This document shows, in pieces, positions 52,371 through 64,000 of a stretch of 64,000 bases of DNA. The notes below the pieces were generated by a model, which made no database searches, was not told the DNA's origin, and was given only the letters and a program-made list of their open reading frames with translations. Position numbers and translations under genes: made by a program. Source of the DNA: Callorhinchus milii. Lineage: Eukaryota. Positions within the stretch are counted from its first letter, which is position 1, and the number at the start of each line of letters is the position of its first letter. The stretch is from NCBI RefSeq assembly GCF_018977255.1, contig NW_024704742.1:95358001-95422000 (forward strand), given 5' to 3'.

Positions 52371-55182
52371 CTGGGACACAACTCAATAACTTGAAAAATG
52401 CTCTCAGGTTGAGTATTTTCTAAAAGTATTTTCTGAACGGTTTTAGGATGCCAATGATGCCAGTGTTGTTACCACCTGATGAGAAAAGAATTGTACTGAA
52501 ATAGTCAAGTTGCTGTTTGTGTTGTACAGCGATGATGCTTAATGGATGTTGAGGCTCAAAACTGATCTTTCGGATTTGATCTCCTGAGAGTTTGGAGACA
52601 ACTGCTGGCATATTGGCATCCGGCCAGAGAAAGAAACTCTTTCAGCTTTCTTAGAATGCTTTGCAGCAAAGTAAATCCGAATCTTGAAAGAAGATTGGAC
52701 ATTTTCCAAGAGATATATTCAATATATTGCTAGGGAGAGATGGAGGTACAGTGTATTGCTAGAAAGAAAACAAACTATTTATGTTTTAGCTTGATATAGA
52801 TGAGCTACATAAAAAGGTAGAAAGATAGAGGAAGCAATTAATAAAGTACCCGATTTTTGTGCACATTTGTTGAACTCCTGAAGGTGAAAGTAATCCTTAC
52901 ACAAAACAACTTTCAGAATTTTTTTTGTCCTTTCAATGTGGCACTAAAGGAAACCAATCAAAATTCAATTTATTTTCTTGCCTCAATGATGGTAGATTGC
53001 TGTAAAGTGGGGGAGGATGAAAATGCATATGGTGATGATCCTGTCCTTAACAATATACATGGAAAAAATTATTGTTTTGAGAGTCTGGTTTGTGACCCCT
53101 GCACTCAGGACAAACACATAGATTTAAACACAATGTGAATGGGACACTTTCATTCAGTTCATCCACATGCGTGAAAGTTCCAATCAAATGTCAAGGTCTT
53201 CAGTATAAATATCATAAACAACAGCAACAACTTGCATTTATATAGCGCCCTTCATGCCGGACGGCATCTCGGAGCACTTAAACCTTCCTTCTATTTGTTC
53301 TCATTTTCTCTGTTCCCTGCTAGTTTTCTCTCTTGTTCTCTGTTCATTCTCACTTCTGTCTGTCCCCCGTCAAAACTCCATTCTTTGATCTTTCTCCCTC
53401 ACTGGCCTTTCTTCTAGTTTCCTCTTGCTCAGTTGTGTTCTTATGGCAACAGTGTAGACTGATGACACTTTCATTAGAGTTCTATTGTGCTGTTATAATA
53501 CTTGATTGTGCTCAGCTACAGAAGGGTATTGTTAAGTATTTATGAAACTCTCGGAGAGTCCTACTCTGTACTAACTAGCTGTAGATGAATAGTGGAGCCC
53601 TTACACAGTTGGGTTTGTGTTTCTTATTCCAACAACAATGTTGGTGGGCATTCTTTCTAACATTTAAAGCAGGGTGCCTTCCTCCTAAGAACCACACACA
53701 GCATAATTCGATGATAAAGGTTAAAAGTTGCTGATCCTGAGGCAGATTTGGTGCCTAAAAATAGTAATAGGTTAATCATTAATTCCCTCAAATTCTACAG
53801 ACCTCAAAGTCTTGTTTTTTCTTACCTGGGTGTGCTCTGTCGTGGGATCTTGCTGATCTTGGTGGCCTTTGCTGACATACTATTTCAGTCAATGTAAAAT
53901 GAAATGGATATTAAATCAGAATATAGTAGATCAAGCACTCCATTCCTATGCAGAGACATCTTTGCACATGGAATCCAGGATTGGCTGATGTATGATTCAG
54001 TTCGATTACTGTGGCTTGATTGATGGACGAATTAAAAATATTTTGAAACCATTGCACAAATTTGCTGTTTTCTCTCAAAGGCATTTCCAAACCTCTCCGC
54101 CGTTTTGTATGTCTGACGATATACTTGATCATGTTCATCTGCTCGTGGGTCTTTTTTACTCAACCTTTTCTGTGATGATTAAGTGTGGTAGCACTTATAG
54201 TACTGATGTCAAACAGAAACAACGCAATTTGCTCGCCAAAGAGAAGATATAACACCATTTATAATACTTCATCAATTTTAGACATCCCAATTTGTTTGAA
54301 GAATATTATTAATTTCTGAAGCTTCCATTGTGTTGAGCTCTTTACTCAAACTCCAGTTAATATTTCGTGATATGGAATGCTCTTGGATATTTTTAATTAT
54401 CTTGAGGTGTTTTTCAAACCCTTCAGTTCCTACGCTCCTAACCAGTGGAACTCCCTCCATCTAACCCTCCATCTTTTTCAGTCTTAAAATCTCACCTTAG
54501 AATCATAGATTCATTGAATATTACAGCACAGAAGGAGGCAATTTGGCCCATCGTGCCTGTGCCAGTTCTTTGGAAGAGCTACCCAATCAGTCCCACTCTC
54601 CTGCTCTTTCCCCATATGTTTGCAAATTTTTCCTTTTCAAGTAACCATCTATGCCTTAAATCAAATACCTTAAATCCTACTTCTTCATACATACCTATGG
54701 CCACCTTCCCCCTTCCCCTTCGGCTTGGTGTCCAACCGTGTCCATGTAAAGTGCTCCAAGATGTTACGCTACGTGAAGAACGTTACAAAAAACAAGTTGT
54801 GTTGTTGTTTGTCATTGAAGACCTACATATAGTAAACTCCTAATAGCTCCAAGGGACAAGGGCTCAGTGATGAGTTATCCGGAATGGAAAATTAGGCACA
54901 TGTATGAATACATAAATAAATGCGGCTGGGATATTGACAGCATGATGATTTCAGTGGAACTGACAAGTTAAGCCAGGGTCGAGTTATCAGGAGTTTACTG
55001 TGAATAATTTATGATAGAATTACAAAGCTGTTGTACTATCTGAAAGCATAAGATCTTTCCTCTGTATCTATTGACTGAAAGTTATTATTAATTATTTTTC
55101 ATGGTCCACAAGATGCAAGCAGTTAAAGTTAAAAGATGAATTTATTTATTAATTAACATGTTGATGCTGATAATTGTGTTAA

Positions 55183-55335
<153 letters not shown>

Positions 55336-56399
55336 TAAGGAAATAAAAATATCCTGCAAGTCCATTCGAAAGTGAACACCTCCAATTCTTTTTAATGTAA
55401 TTTGTATCTTCCAATCTTTTCTCTCTTATTGACTTTCTCTACATGATAGAACGTGTTTCACAAGTTTTAGTAAGTCTCTGGTGCTCACCCAAAGGATCAT
55501 TGATCATGTGTTTGTCAAGGCAATGAGAGACAATGAAGGGCTGGAGCTGAGTTCTTGTGGGTTGAAGTGACGCACATAGGCTTTCCAATAGGGAACGTAT
55601 TTCATGTCCTGAGGTACTCTTTCAGATATAAGGCATCATTTACACCAATGTTTTCCGTACAAGAACTTTCAATCCCCTTTGAGTCCAATTGTGATATTCT
55701 TGCTGCTGTTCCAATTGAGATTTACTAACTCAGCACAGATCAGGGCAACAAGCCTGGGACCTTCATTATTGGCTCAGCTCAGCCACACTGCCCACAGAGC
55801 CAGCAAAACAGAGATCTGAAAAACAAATCTCCCAACTTCAAATTCTGTTTTCTTGGGTGCTTTCTCTCCCTGTAGTGTAACATAAATATTGGGATCGGTG
55901 CCAGTGAGATAATGCTTTTATCTGGTTTAGGAGCTAGAGAGTAAAAAACAATTCACAAATGTAGTATTTGTTATTGCTTTACTGATTGTCTGGTTATTCA
56001 ATTAATCTGGCTTCTCGGTGAAAGGCCTGTGACAGACAAGCATTTAATCCACATTTCCTCACAATGTATTGCCTTCAGGTAATACATGTCCCTTTCTTTA
56101 GAATGGTTTAATATGAATGCACAGAATTCTAAGAAACCAAAGGAAATTTTCAACATCTTGCTGGTGCTCTGATAAACAAAGGTTAGTATAGGCTGAGTGT
56201 TTAGTCACACGGTAAACGTGTTGTGTGACAATTAGCTCTGTGACACCATTTGTTATAAATAGCTAACATTCATTCCAGTTCTTCACTGGTGTTTTCACAC
56301 TGGCGTAGTCTCATTACATAAAAAACTGAAGCTGTTTTATTTGCCTGAAGGAATACCTGAGGCTCAGAATATTGCAGCGCACAGTTTTGAGAGCTAAAA

Positions 56400-56620
56400 G
56401 ACAAAAACAAGAACAAATTTACATTTATATAGTGCCTTTCACGTCTGGAGGATGTGCCAAGGTGCTGGACAGTCTAAGGTTTGCCCCCAAGCTGGGGGTG
56501 GGGGCTGAAGTGGTGGGGGCCGAAGGAATGGGGGCGAGAGGGCAGAAAGTACAGTCAAAGAGAAAGGTCTTGAGGTGGATCTGGAAGGAGGCATGTGGTG
56601 TGAAGGTACTGATGGGAGTC
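56400..56620 (-). mobile_element. L2 3' end fragment
   Basis: tttacatttatatagtgcctttcacgtctggaggatg; HLKTFLFD on the minus strand. Confidence 0.75.
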
Positions 56621-57723
56621 AAGCAGGAGAGCCTCTGTTTTGAGCATCAGAACCCACCATGAGTCACTATGTTCGACAGAGAGGAGAAACCAAACACAAA
56701 GATAGGGGTCAAAATTGTGGTATTTCAAAAGCATTCTGCTCCTTATTTAGGGAAGGGTGTTAAACTGTGTCTTAAAATCCCATTTCTCCCCCACTAACCC
56801 CAGCCATTTGAATGATTGTATTGCTTGAATCCAACTAAAAAAGGTGTGTGATTACTGTTTAGCAGGGATCATTAGCTGAATAAATAATAGCTGATGCACA
56901 TCTTTACCTGTATCAACATCTGTTCATAAGTCAAGTTACAATATTGTAAATGAACTGGTATTAATGAATTGTCGGCATTCCCCAGATTGATGGATACATC
57001 GAGTGAATAGGGTGGACTGATTCTCTTCTTACTATAGATATTTACTTGTGGGATTAACACGCAAAGGTAGATTGGTACAAATTTATTTTTCTGTTCTTTG
57101 CAACTTATGGAGACCAGAACTTTGAAATAGTTGGGTACTTATTTTCACTGACGATTCCAAAGAACACTCCTTCCAATTTTATTTAGAGGCTCCAAATACA
57201 ATTGGTGATTGTAGGGAATAAATCGCCTGGGAAGGAGATTGAACCAGAATTTCAATGTAAGCAGTAGCAAGTGATGGTATTCCACTCTCAAGGCTTCAGA
57301 CTTCACATTGAAGAGTCTTACAACTCTGAGACTCTGATAAATTGAAGTTTTGTGTCTCTATTCAGATATATTCAACTGGAAATATTCATATTCTGTTAAA
57401 GTGCACCAAGCATTCATATCTATAATTGTGTCTTTAAAATTTCAATTACACTTTTCTAGTTATCAGCAGTTTTAGCAAATGGTTGTTTTTGGAAAAACAC
57501 ATTATTTATATGATATTCAGATTTTTTCCATTTCATTGTTTAACCTGTCCTACACACAGCTTGCTTAGTGTTATCAAACCAAATTCATGGGAACTTATTG
57601 AATCCAGATGCTGACGTTGAGCATTCTTTCCTCATCCCTAACAAATTCAACTATTACCTCAGATATGACATTGCACTTTTGCTTTAATTACACAAGATAA
57701 ATTTTCAGGAAAAAGTAAAGATC

Positions 57724-58386
57724 AAGCAACTGAGAAGGCGAACGGCATGTTAGTGTTCATTTCAAAAGGTTTAGAGTACAAGAGTAGGGAAGTCTTGCTC
57801 CAACTGTATAGGGTCTTGGTAGACCGCACGTAGAGTATTGCGTGCAGTTTTGGTCTCCTTATTTAAAAAAGGACATACTTGCCCTAGAGGGGATGCAGCG
57901 TAGATTCACTCGGTTAGTTCCTGGGATGAGGGGACTGACCTATGAGGATAGGCTGAATAAACTAGGGCTGTATTCTCTAGAGTACAGAAGAATTAGGGGG
58001 ATCTTATTGAAACTTATAAGATTCTTAAAGAGCTGGATACAGTAGACACTGAGGGTCTGTTTCCCCTTGTAGGAGAATCTATAACCAGGGGTCACAGTCT
58101 TAAAATTAAGGGACAGCCTTTTAGAATAGAGTTGAGGAAACATTTCTTCACTCAGAGGGTAGTGAATTTATGGAATTCACTACCCCAGAAGGCTGTAGAT
58201 GCTCAGTCCTTGAACATTTTCAAGGCTGAGGCTGATAGATTTTTAAAAAATAGAGGGATTAGGGGATATGGGGATAGGACAGGTAATTAGAGTTAGGTTA
58301 GAAAATCAGCCATGATCTTATCGAATGGCGGGGCAGCCTCGAGGGGCCGAATGGCCTACTCCTGCTCCTAATTCTTATGTTCTTAT
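57724..58386 (+). mobile_element. CR1 LINE 3' fragment
   Basis: VQFWSPYLKKDILALEGMQRRFTRLVPG..LGLYSLEYRR; tail ggccgaatggcctactcctgctcctaattcttatgttctt. Confidence 0.93.
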
Positions 58387-59144
58387 TAGTCTCAACAGGT
58401 TTGTCCTTAATTGTTTGATCAATTTCACATTCTCACTACAGCTTCCATCTCTTCACAAATGCAGGTTGAGCCCAAATTGACATTGAGACAGCAGAGGAGA
58501 TAATCACGGAATATTAAATGTTCATTAACGTGTGCCTTTTTTGACTTAAGCATTTAGTCAAAATATTACAATGTAATTTTATTCTACGAATTCTGTTCCA
58601 TTTGTGTGCATTAACACCAACATGGCTTTCTGGCTGTTACAATTGGCACTAACATCTAGAAATAAATCTGGAAGCAACAAAAATGTTGTTTTTAAGCAAA
58701 CATGCAATGGGAGTATGTTTCTTTGATGTTACAACTTTTTTTCAACATAGCTATAAATTTATCTCTCGTCATGGTCAAATCTGCAGGTTCACATTTTCTT
58801 GTCTGTGCTGTGCTCAGACAATGGTCAACTTGTTCCAATGGTGCATCCCACCAGTAGAGCAGTGTGTCTAATTTCTAATTCCAGCAGCAATAATTGATTA
58901 TTTTCTTTCTGTTGTGTTTGAAATTTATAATTTTTGTGCCACATGCAGGTTCCGAACAAATGATTATTTATTTTAAGGGTTGAATTCCCAAACTATACTG
59001 TAAACGAACATCTGAGATTCACTACTAATGTGTCAAGAACATCACATAACACAAAGCATCCTTTATGTGCATATGAACGAACAAGATAATGATGTAATAT
59101 TGTCGACGTGCACTGTGATATTGATTTTCAATTTTCTTTTTCAG

Positions 59145-59187
59145 CATTGGCTGGAACCCAACAAGTCAGTGGTGAAGCAAATGAAAT
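59145..59187 (+). CDS. FRMD3: FRMD3 internal coding exon (exon 3 equivalent)
   Basis: Acceptor ttttctttttcag, donor T|gtaagt; 43 nt, phase 0-1; HWLEPNKSVVKQMK continues the previous exon in frame. Confidence 0.93.
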
Positions 59188-61990
59188 GTAAGTTTTTGAC
59201 AGATTCCCCCTTTCAAGCTGCAGCTTGAAAAAATGCCTAGAGTTTACTTTACGTATGTTAGTGTTGCAATCTGTCGCAACAGTCAGCCGATCGGCAGAAA
59301 TGCTGCCCGAGTGAGGAAAGAATTCTGTTAACTGTTGGCTGTACATTGTTTAAAAATGGTTGTCTCTGTGCTTGGGAGATGGGCACCACCATTTGAGTGT
59401 CTTGTCTGGTTGTATAGGGTAAAATATTGGTTGGTTAGCTACTTACTTTCTTGTGAGAATGGCACAGTCTAGAATGGTTTTAATCTATCAAATGGACAAC
59501 TGGAAATTGTTTAATTACAGTATATCCATAATTGCAGGTGGTTAATAGATAAATGGTATGAATATGCTAATTGGTGTAATCTTGGCAAACATTCTCGTTT
59601 TATCTCTTAACCTCCTGGCAAGTTTAATTTATAAAGAAACATGAACCTGTTTATTTTTGCTTGTACCAAATCTAATCCTTTTAACACCCCGAAGCCATAA
59701 ATTACACAATCTCTGCCTAACTGCAAGATTATGATTAAAATGCCAAACATCTGAGAGGTAGAAAAAAGGGTGTTTAAAAATAAAATTCTCCTCAAAGACA
59801 ATTTTATTGTAAAAAAAACTTCAAAGCTTTCATGAGGGCCTCATTATGAGTAAAGCACAGCTTATTAGAGTACCTTGGCTGTGGCAATACTAGTGTGGGA
59901 ATGTGTGGCCAAAATGTATACTGTAAAATTTAGTGTTTAATCCTTAGACTACTACCAAGTCCAGAGAAACTCCAGGTTGACAGTGATGCTGTAGCAAACA
60001 TTAATATTACAGTAAAGTGACCCAGATGTCAGGCTGGATATTTCATACCTCAGTCTATAGCTTGATTTTCAAATTTTTAAAGCATCAAATTAGCTGCCAG
60101 ATTGGTTTGAAGTGAGAGACTTTGCAGTTTCATATAGGGCCGCTTTGGGAAGCATGTCAATGAATGTTCTTCATCATTGCCATCAGTAGAGCAATCTAAC
60201 AGGAAGACCTGTAGTTAAGAGGTTTTATGCAATTATTGGAATTGATGTTTTTACAAAAGAAAAGTCATAGAAAGTTTTCTAGTTTTTTTTATGGATCAAA
60301 ATTTTATTTTGTAGCACTTTGAACAAATAACACTCAGATTTCTATTCCCCTCTATCTTCAACCCTTATTTTATAGTTGCCATTTCATATAAAAATGTAAT
60401 ATATATAGTTACCCAATATTTAGATGATGTTAAACTTGTCTGATGTCATTGAATCATAGAAATGTACAGCACAGAAGGAGGCTATTCGGTCCATTGAGTG
60501 TGTACCAGCTCTCAGAGCAAGGTGTTTATTCAATCCCATTACCCTGCCTTATCCTCACCCCCCTTCAAGCCTCTCAGCTTCATATATGTGTCTGCTTCCC
60601 TCTGGAAACCCACAATGGACTCTGCCTCAAGTACTTTACTTGGCAGGACATTCCACATATATGTTGTGTCATATAGAGTAGATTTTACATTGTATGTTCA
60701 GTGTATAATTGGAAAATTTTCCAAATGAGCAGTGGCTCAGTCTTCACGCCTTAGCCTAAGTGTGGATTTTAAAGTGAGACATGTTTCTGCAATTAAAATG
60801 GTAATGTCTAATTCCACAGCTAATGGGTATTTGAGAATACCTTTAATTCACAGTTACAATGCTGAATATTGAAAAGGTACAGGATAATTCTCTACGCTTT
60901 GTGTTATAATTAATGTTGTTCTGAACTTGCTTCTTCACCATTTGTGTACTCCACGAGAGGCCAGATGTGATACCAGGGTTGCCTTTTGCCAGGTGGGTGC
61001 TTCAGTGAAGACTGCACCATTGTATAACCATGTATTGCGGACAGTAGCATGACCTTTTAAATCATTCCCTTCTACTGACTTGATCTTGCATTGTTTAAAA
61101 ACTTTCTTGATATAAAATATACAGCTAAAGGATCAAAAAGGTAAGTTACCACACAACATCAGATGAAGGATATTCCCTTAGACAAGATTTGTTTTCCTTT
61201 ATAAAAAGTTAAAGTTCAACCATGGCCTGTTTCATTAAGTTTTCTAGGCATTACCATTTTAAAATAAAATAAATTATACATAATTGTTACTTCTCATGAG
61301 CAAAGATGCTGCAGTTAAATAGAGATAAGAACTATTAAAGTCAGGTTTTATTCACAACATTAAAACCCTGAGTATTTTTAGTTATTCTCCGGTTCTACTT
61401 TTTCTACCAAAACAAGAGGAAAAATTGGCGAGGGAGGGGGAATTTAACACAAAAAGACCCAAGTACATTCAGTGAAAATTGGTATTTATTTTACTGAATT
61501 AAAAAAATCGATATATCAAGCTGTAGTAACAAAATGTGTGTTTTTTTAAAATAGTAACTTAACCGATGGAGGTAACCAACAAGATATTTCACCTTAAGAA
61601 TAGAAAGGCAATGCAGTGTGATGCGTCCATCACAAAACCAGTCTCTCTGCATTGGCCGCTCTGGGATTATGCATGCTAGATGGGCACACACCATCACGGA
61701 CACCAAATAAAATCAGCGAATTTGATTTTGATAAATAAAATTTGGGTAAAAAACATTTTTAACTGATTGACTTTTATCCAATCCGTTTTTAAAAAAATGC
61801 AATGGTCCTTAAATACAGTGCAAACCCTCCTTCAACCCAATTCAACTTCTCACTCAATAACGCCCTGACAACTCTCAGACGCTACTATGAAGCTAACAGA
61901 GTGGATTCTGTTAAACCCAGGATGATTGTCATTCTGATGGAATCTGCTTGGAGCAGAAACCATTCTCAGGTCATCCACACTGTGTTCTTA

Positions 61991-62333
61991 TAATAATAAT
62001 AATAATAATAATCCTTGCATTTGATATAGCGCTTTTCACGTCGGGAGGACGTCCCAAAGCGCTTTACAGAACACACTGTAAAGTGAATTGACTGTATATT
62101 TGTGGGCGAACGAGGCAGCCAATTGCGCACAGCAGTGTCCCACAAACAGTCGTAGATTGAAAATGACCAATTTATTATTGTTTTTGGTTTTGGAGGGATT
62201 ATTATTAGGCGTGTGGAGTAAGGAAACTTGCCCAAGGTTTCGCCCTGCCTGGAATTGAACTCAGGTCTCTCACTTGCAAAGCAAGTGCTCTAACCACTGA
62301 GCTACAGGACTCCACAAAGCTACAGGACTCCAC
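61991..62333 (-). mobile_element. tRNA-Ala-headed SINE, youngest subfamily, with duplicated 5' tip
   Basis: Near-identical reverse complement of 35752-36077. Confidence 0.95.
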
Positions 62334-62859
62334 TTCTTCCTGGTTGAATTCTAAAGATTATTGACATAACCGCATTTTCTCTATGCAAAGTCTGTTTCCT
62401 TTGCATTTCATTCTTTATTACCAGTGGGATTTTNAAAAAACACGCAAATGGTAAAGCCACTGCAATTACTGGAACCTCGCTCTGAAAAAATGCCTCATGC
62501 TTGTTTTCTTCAGGGGATCCTCTGTAACATTGTGTACCTGGTGCATAATCGACACCTACCTGCGCCTCATTGAATTTGTTGTCTTGCGAGTCGGTGTGTA
62601 GTAGTACAGGGAATACAGAGAGCAGTTTATTTAATGGTGAAGATCACCAGGAACAAGGTACNTTTTTCAACCCATTTTAAAAAAAGTAAGAAATGTATAT
62701 TACATTTGACTTTCTAAATGAATTGCATTAAATTTATTAGAAATAATTAATCCAGCCTGTTCAGATAAAATAATTTATACACTGTACAACAATTAGCAGT
62801 GACATTTGTGCTCCAGTTTTCCCTTCTCTGACCAAATGCATTTTCTTCATTTGTGAGCC

Positions 62860-63090
62860 TGAACTGTTGGCAGGCTATTTAATTGTGAGGCCTTCACAGC
62901 CAGACCCAATAGTGCCCTCACACAAAGTCCACAAAACTCAGTGTATAGTGATTACCAGTGAAAACTGTGATTGACTCTACCTCTGTTAGGTTGAGACCAG
63001 CTAGGTCAGTCCAAGATCCAAGATTGAACCTAAGACCTTCCTGATTTGTATGGTACAAAGTTCATTTTTAGCATACTGCATACAGCCATT
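62860..63090 (-). mobile_element. Ancient SINE relic resembling AmnSINE2
   Basis: tgttggcaggctattt..cacagccagaccca..gagaccagcta..attgaacctaagaccttcctgatttgtatgg; similar pieces near 25820, 31660 and 55710; family name from recall. Confidence 0.45.
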
Positions 63091-63646
63091 TAAAGGAAAC
63101 GTGTTGCATGGATCAGTGCAATCTGGTGTTTAAATAGCATTCATTTTGAACAATGCTTATTCAAAAAAAATCCTTATCGCTTTTCCTTTAATGAGCACAC
63201 CATTAAAGGACATGTCAAACAAAGGGACCCCATTTAATCATGACCTTACCCATGCATTCTGCTGATGTACAGCAAAAGAAAACATTTGCAAATGATCATC
63301 TGAACTGAACATATTGTTGCTGGGTCAAGGGAGGCAGCACGTTCTCAATTATTGTTAGAAAATGGGAATTAACGTTCTACTCTGATTTATAATGCAGCTG
63401 CTCGATATCATGAGAAGAAAAGTGTTATGTATATCTTCTTTCCTGACATGCACCCTGCTTCAAAGCTGCCTTTTCATGCATCTTTATTCCATCGTTATCA
63501 ATGAGCTTTCTTGTCCACAGCAGAGGTATGCCTGAAAATACAGAGCTTATTATCGCATGAGGTTCCTGAATGTTTGAACTGGCCTAAAGCACCTCCTGAT
63601 ATGAAAGTTAGTTTCCCGAAACTTGAGAAGGAACAGATTTATTTAG

Positions 63647-63799
<153 letters not shown>

Positions 63800-64000
63800 T
63801 AATGCCTGTAAAAATACAGAATTGTTTACAAACTACCACTTGAATAATAAGAATTGGAAGATTTGAATAAGTGATTGAACATTAATATAGCCAGAGGGAA
63901 TTAGGGAGTGTGTAGCATCCAACTGGATCCATCACTGCCACATTGCCCAAGAGAGTGATGCAGTTTGACTTGATCTTTCCTTTACTATTCTCATTTTGAG

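Noticed and set aside
52420..52730. Possible minus-strand exon after tctctccctag
   Set aside because: The frames I read from this acceptor hit stops, there is no convincing donor, and I recognise no homology
62434..62662. Single n bases at 62434 and 62662
   Set aside because: Assembly ambiguities next to homopolymers, not biological

Overview
Eukaryotic vertebrate genomic DNA, most likely a cartilaginous fish (inferred from the CR1 + L2 + DeuSINE-type repeat landscape; the species cannot be fixed from sequence). The window lies inside a + strand FERM-domain gene best matching FRMD3. Three short coding exons (55222-55326, 59145-59187, 63681-63759; 105/43/79 nt, GT-AG, compatible phases) encode [77 protein letters not shown] found no first exon, so the first ~55 kb is probably one long intron. 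That intron is full of non-LTR retroelements: a young 5'-truncated L2 LINE with an uninterrupted RT frame, older L2s, at least four CR1 tail types, a tRNA-Ala-headed SINE family in several age classes and older DeuSINE-like relics. There is also a three-copy hairpin (MITE-like) element. Almost all ORF-track entries are repeat-derived or chance. No prokaryotic-type system is present. The most interesting signals are SINE/L2 3' stem-loop co-evolution, modular SINE evolution, fold-back structures at 5' insertion junctions, the hairpin element, and weak candidate alternative or antisense exons. Family names are from my recall of consensus sequences, not from a database search, and repeat boundaries are approximate.
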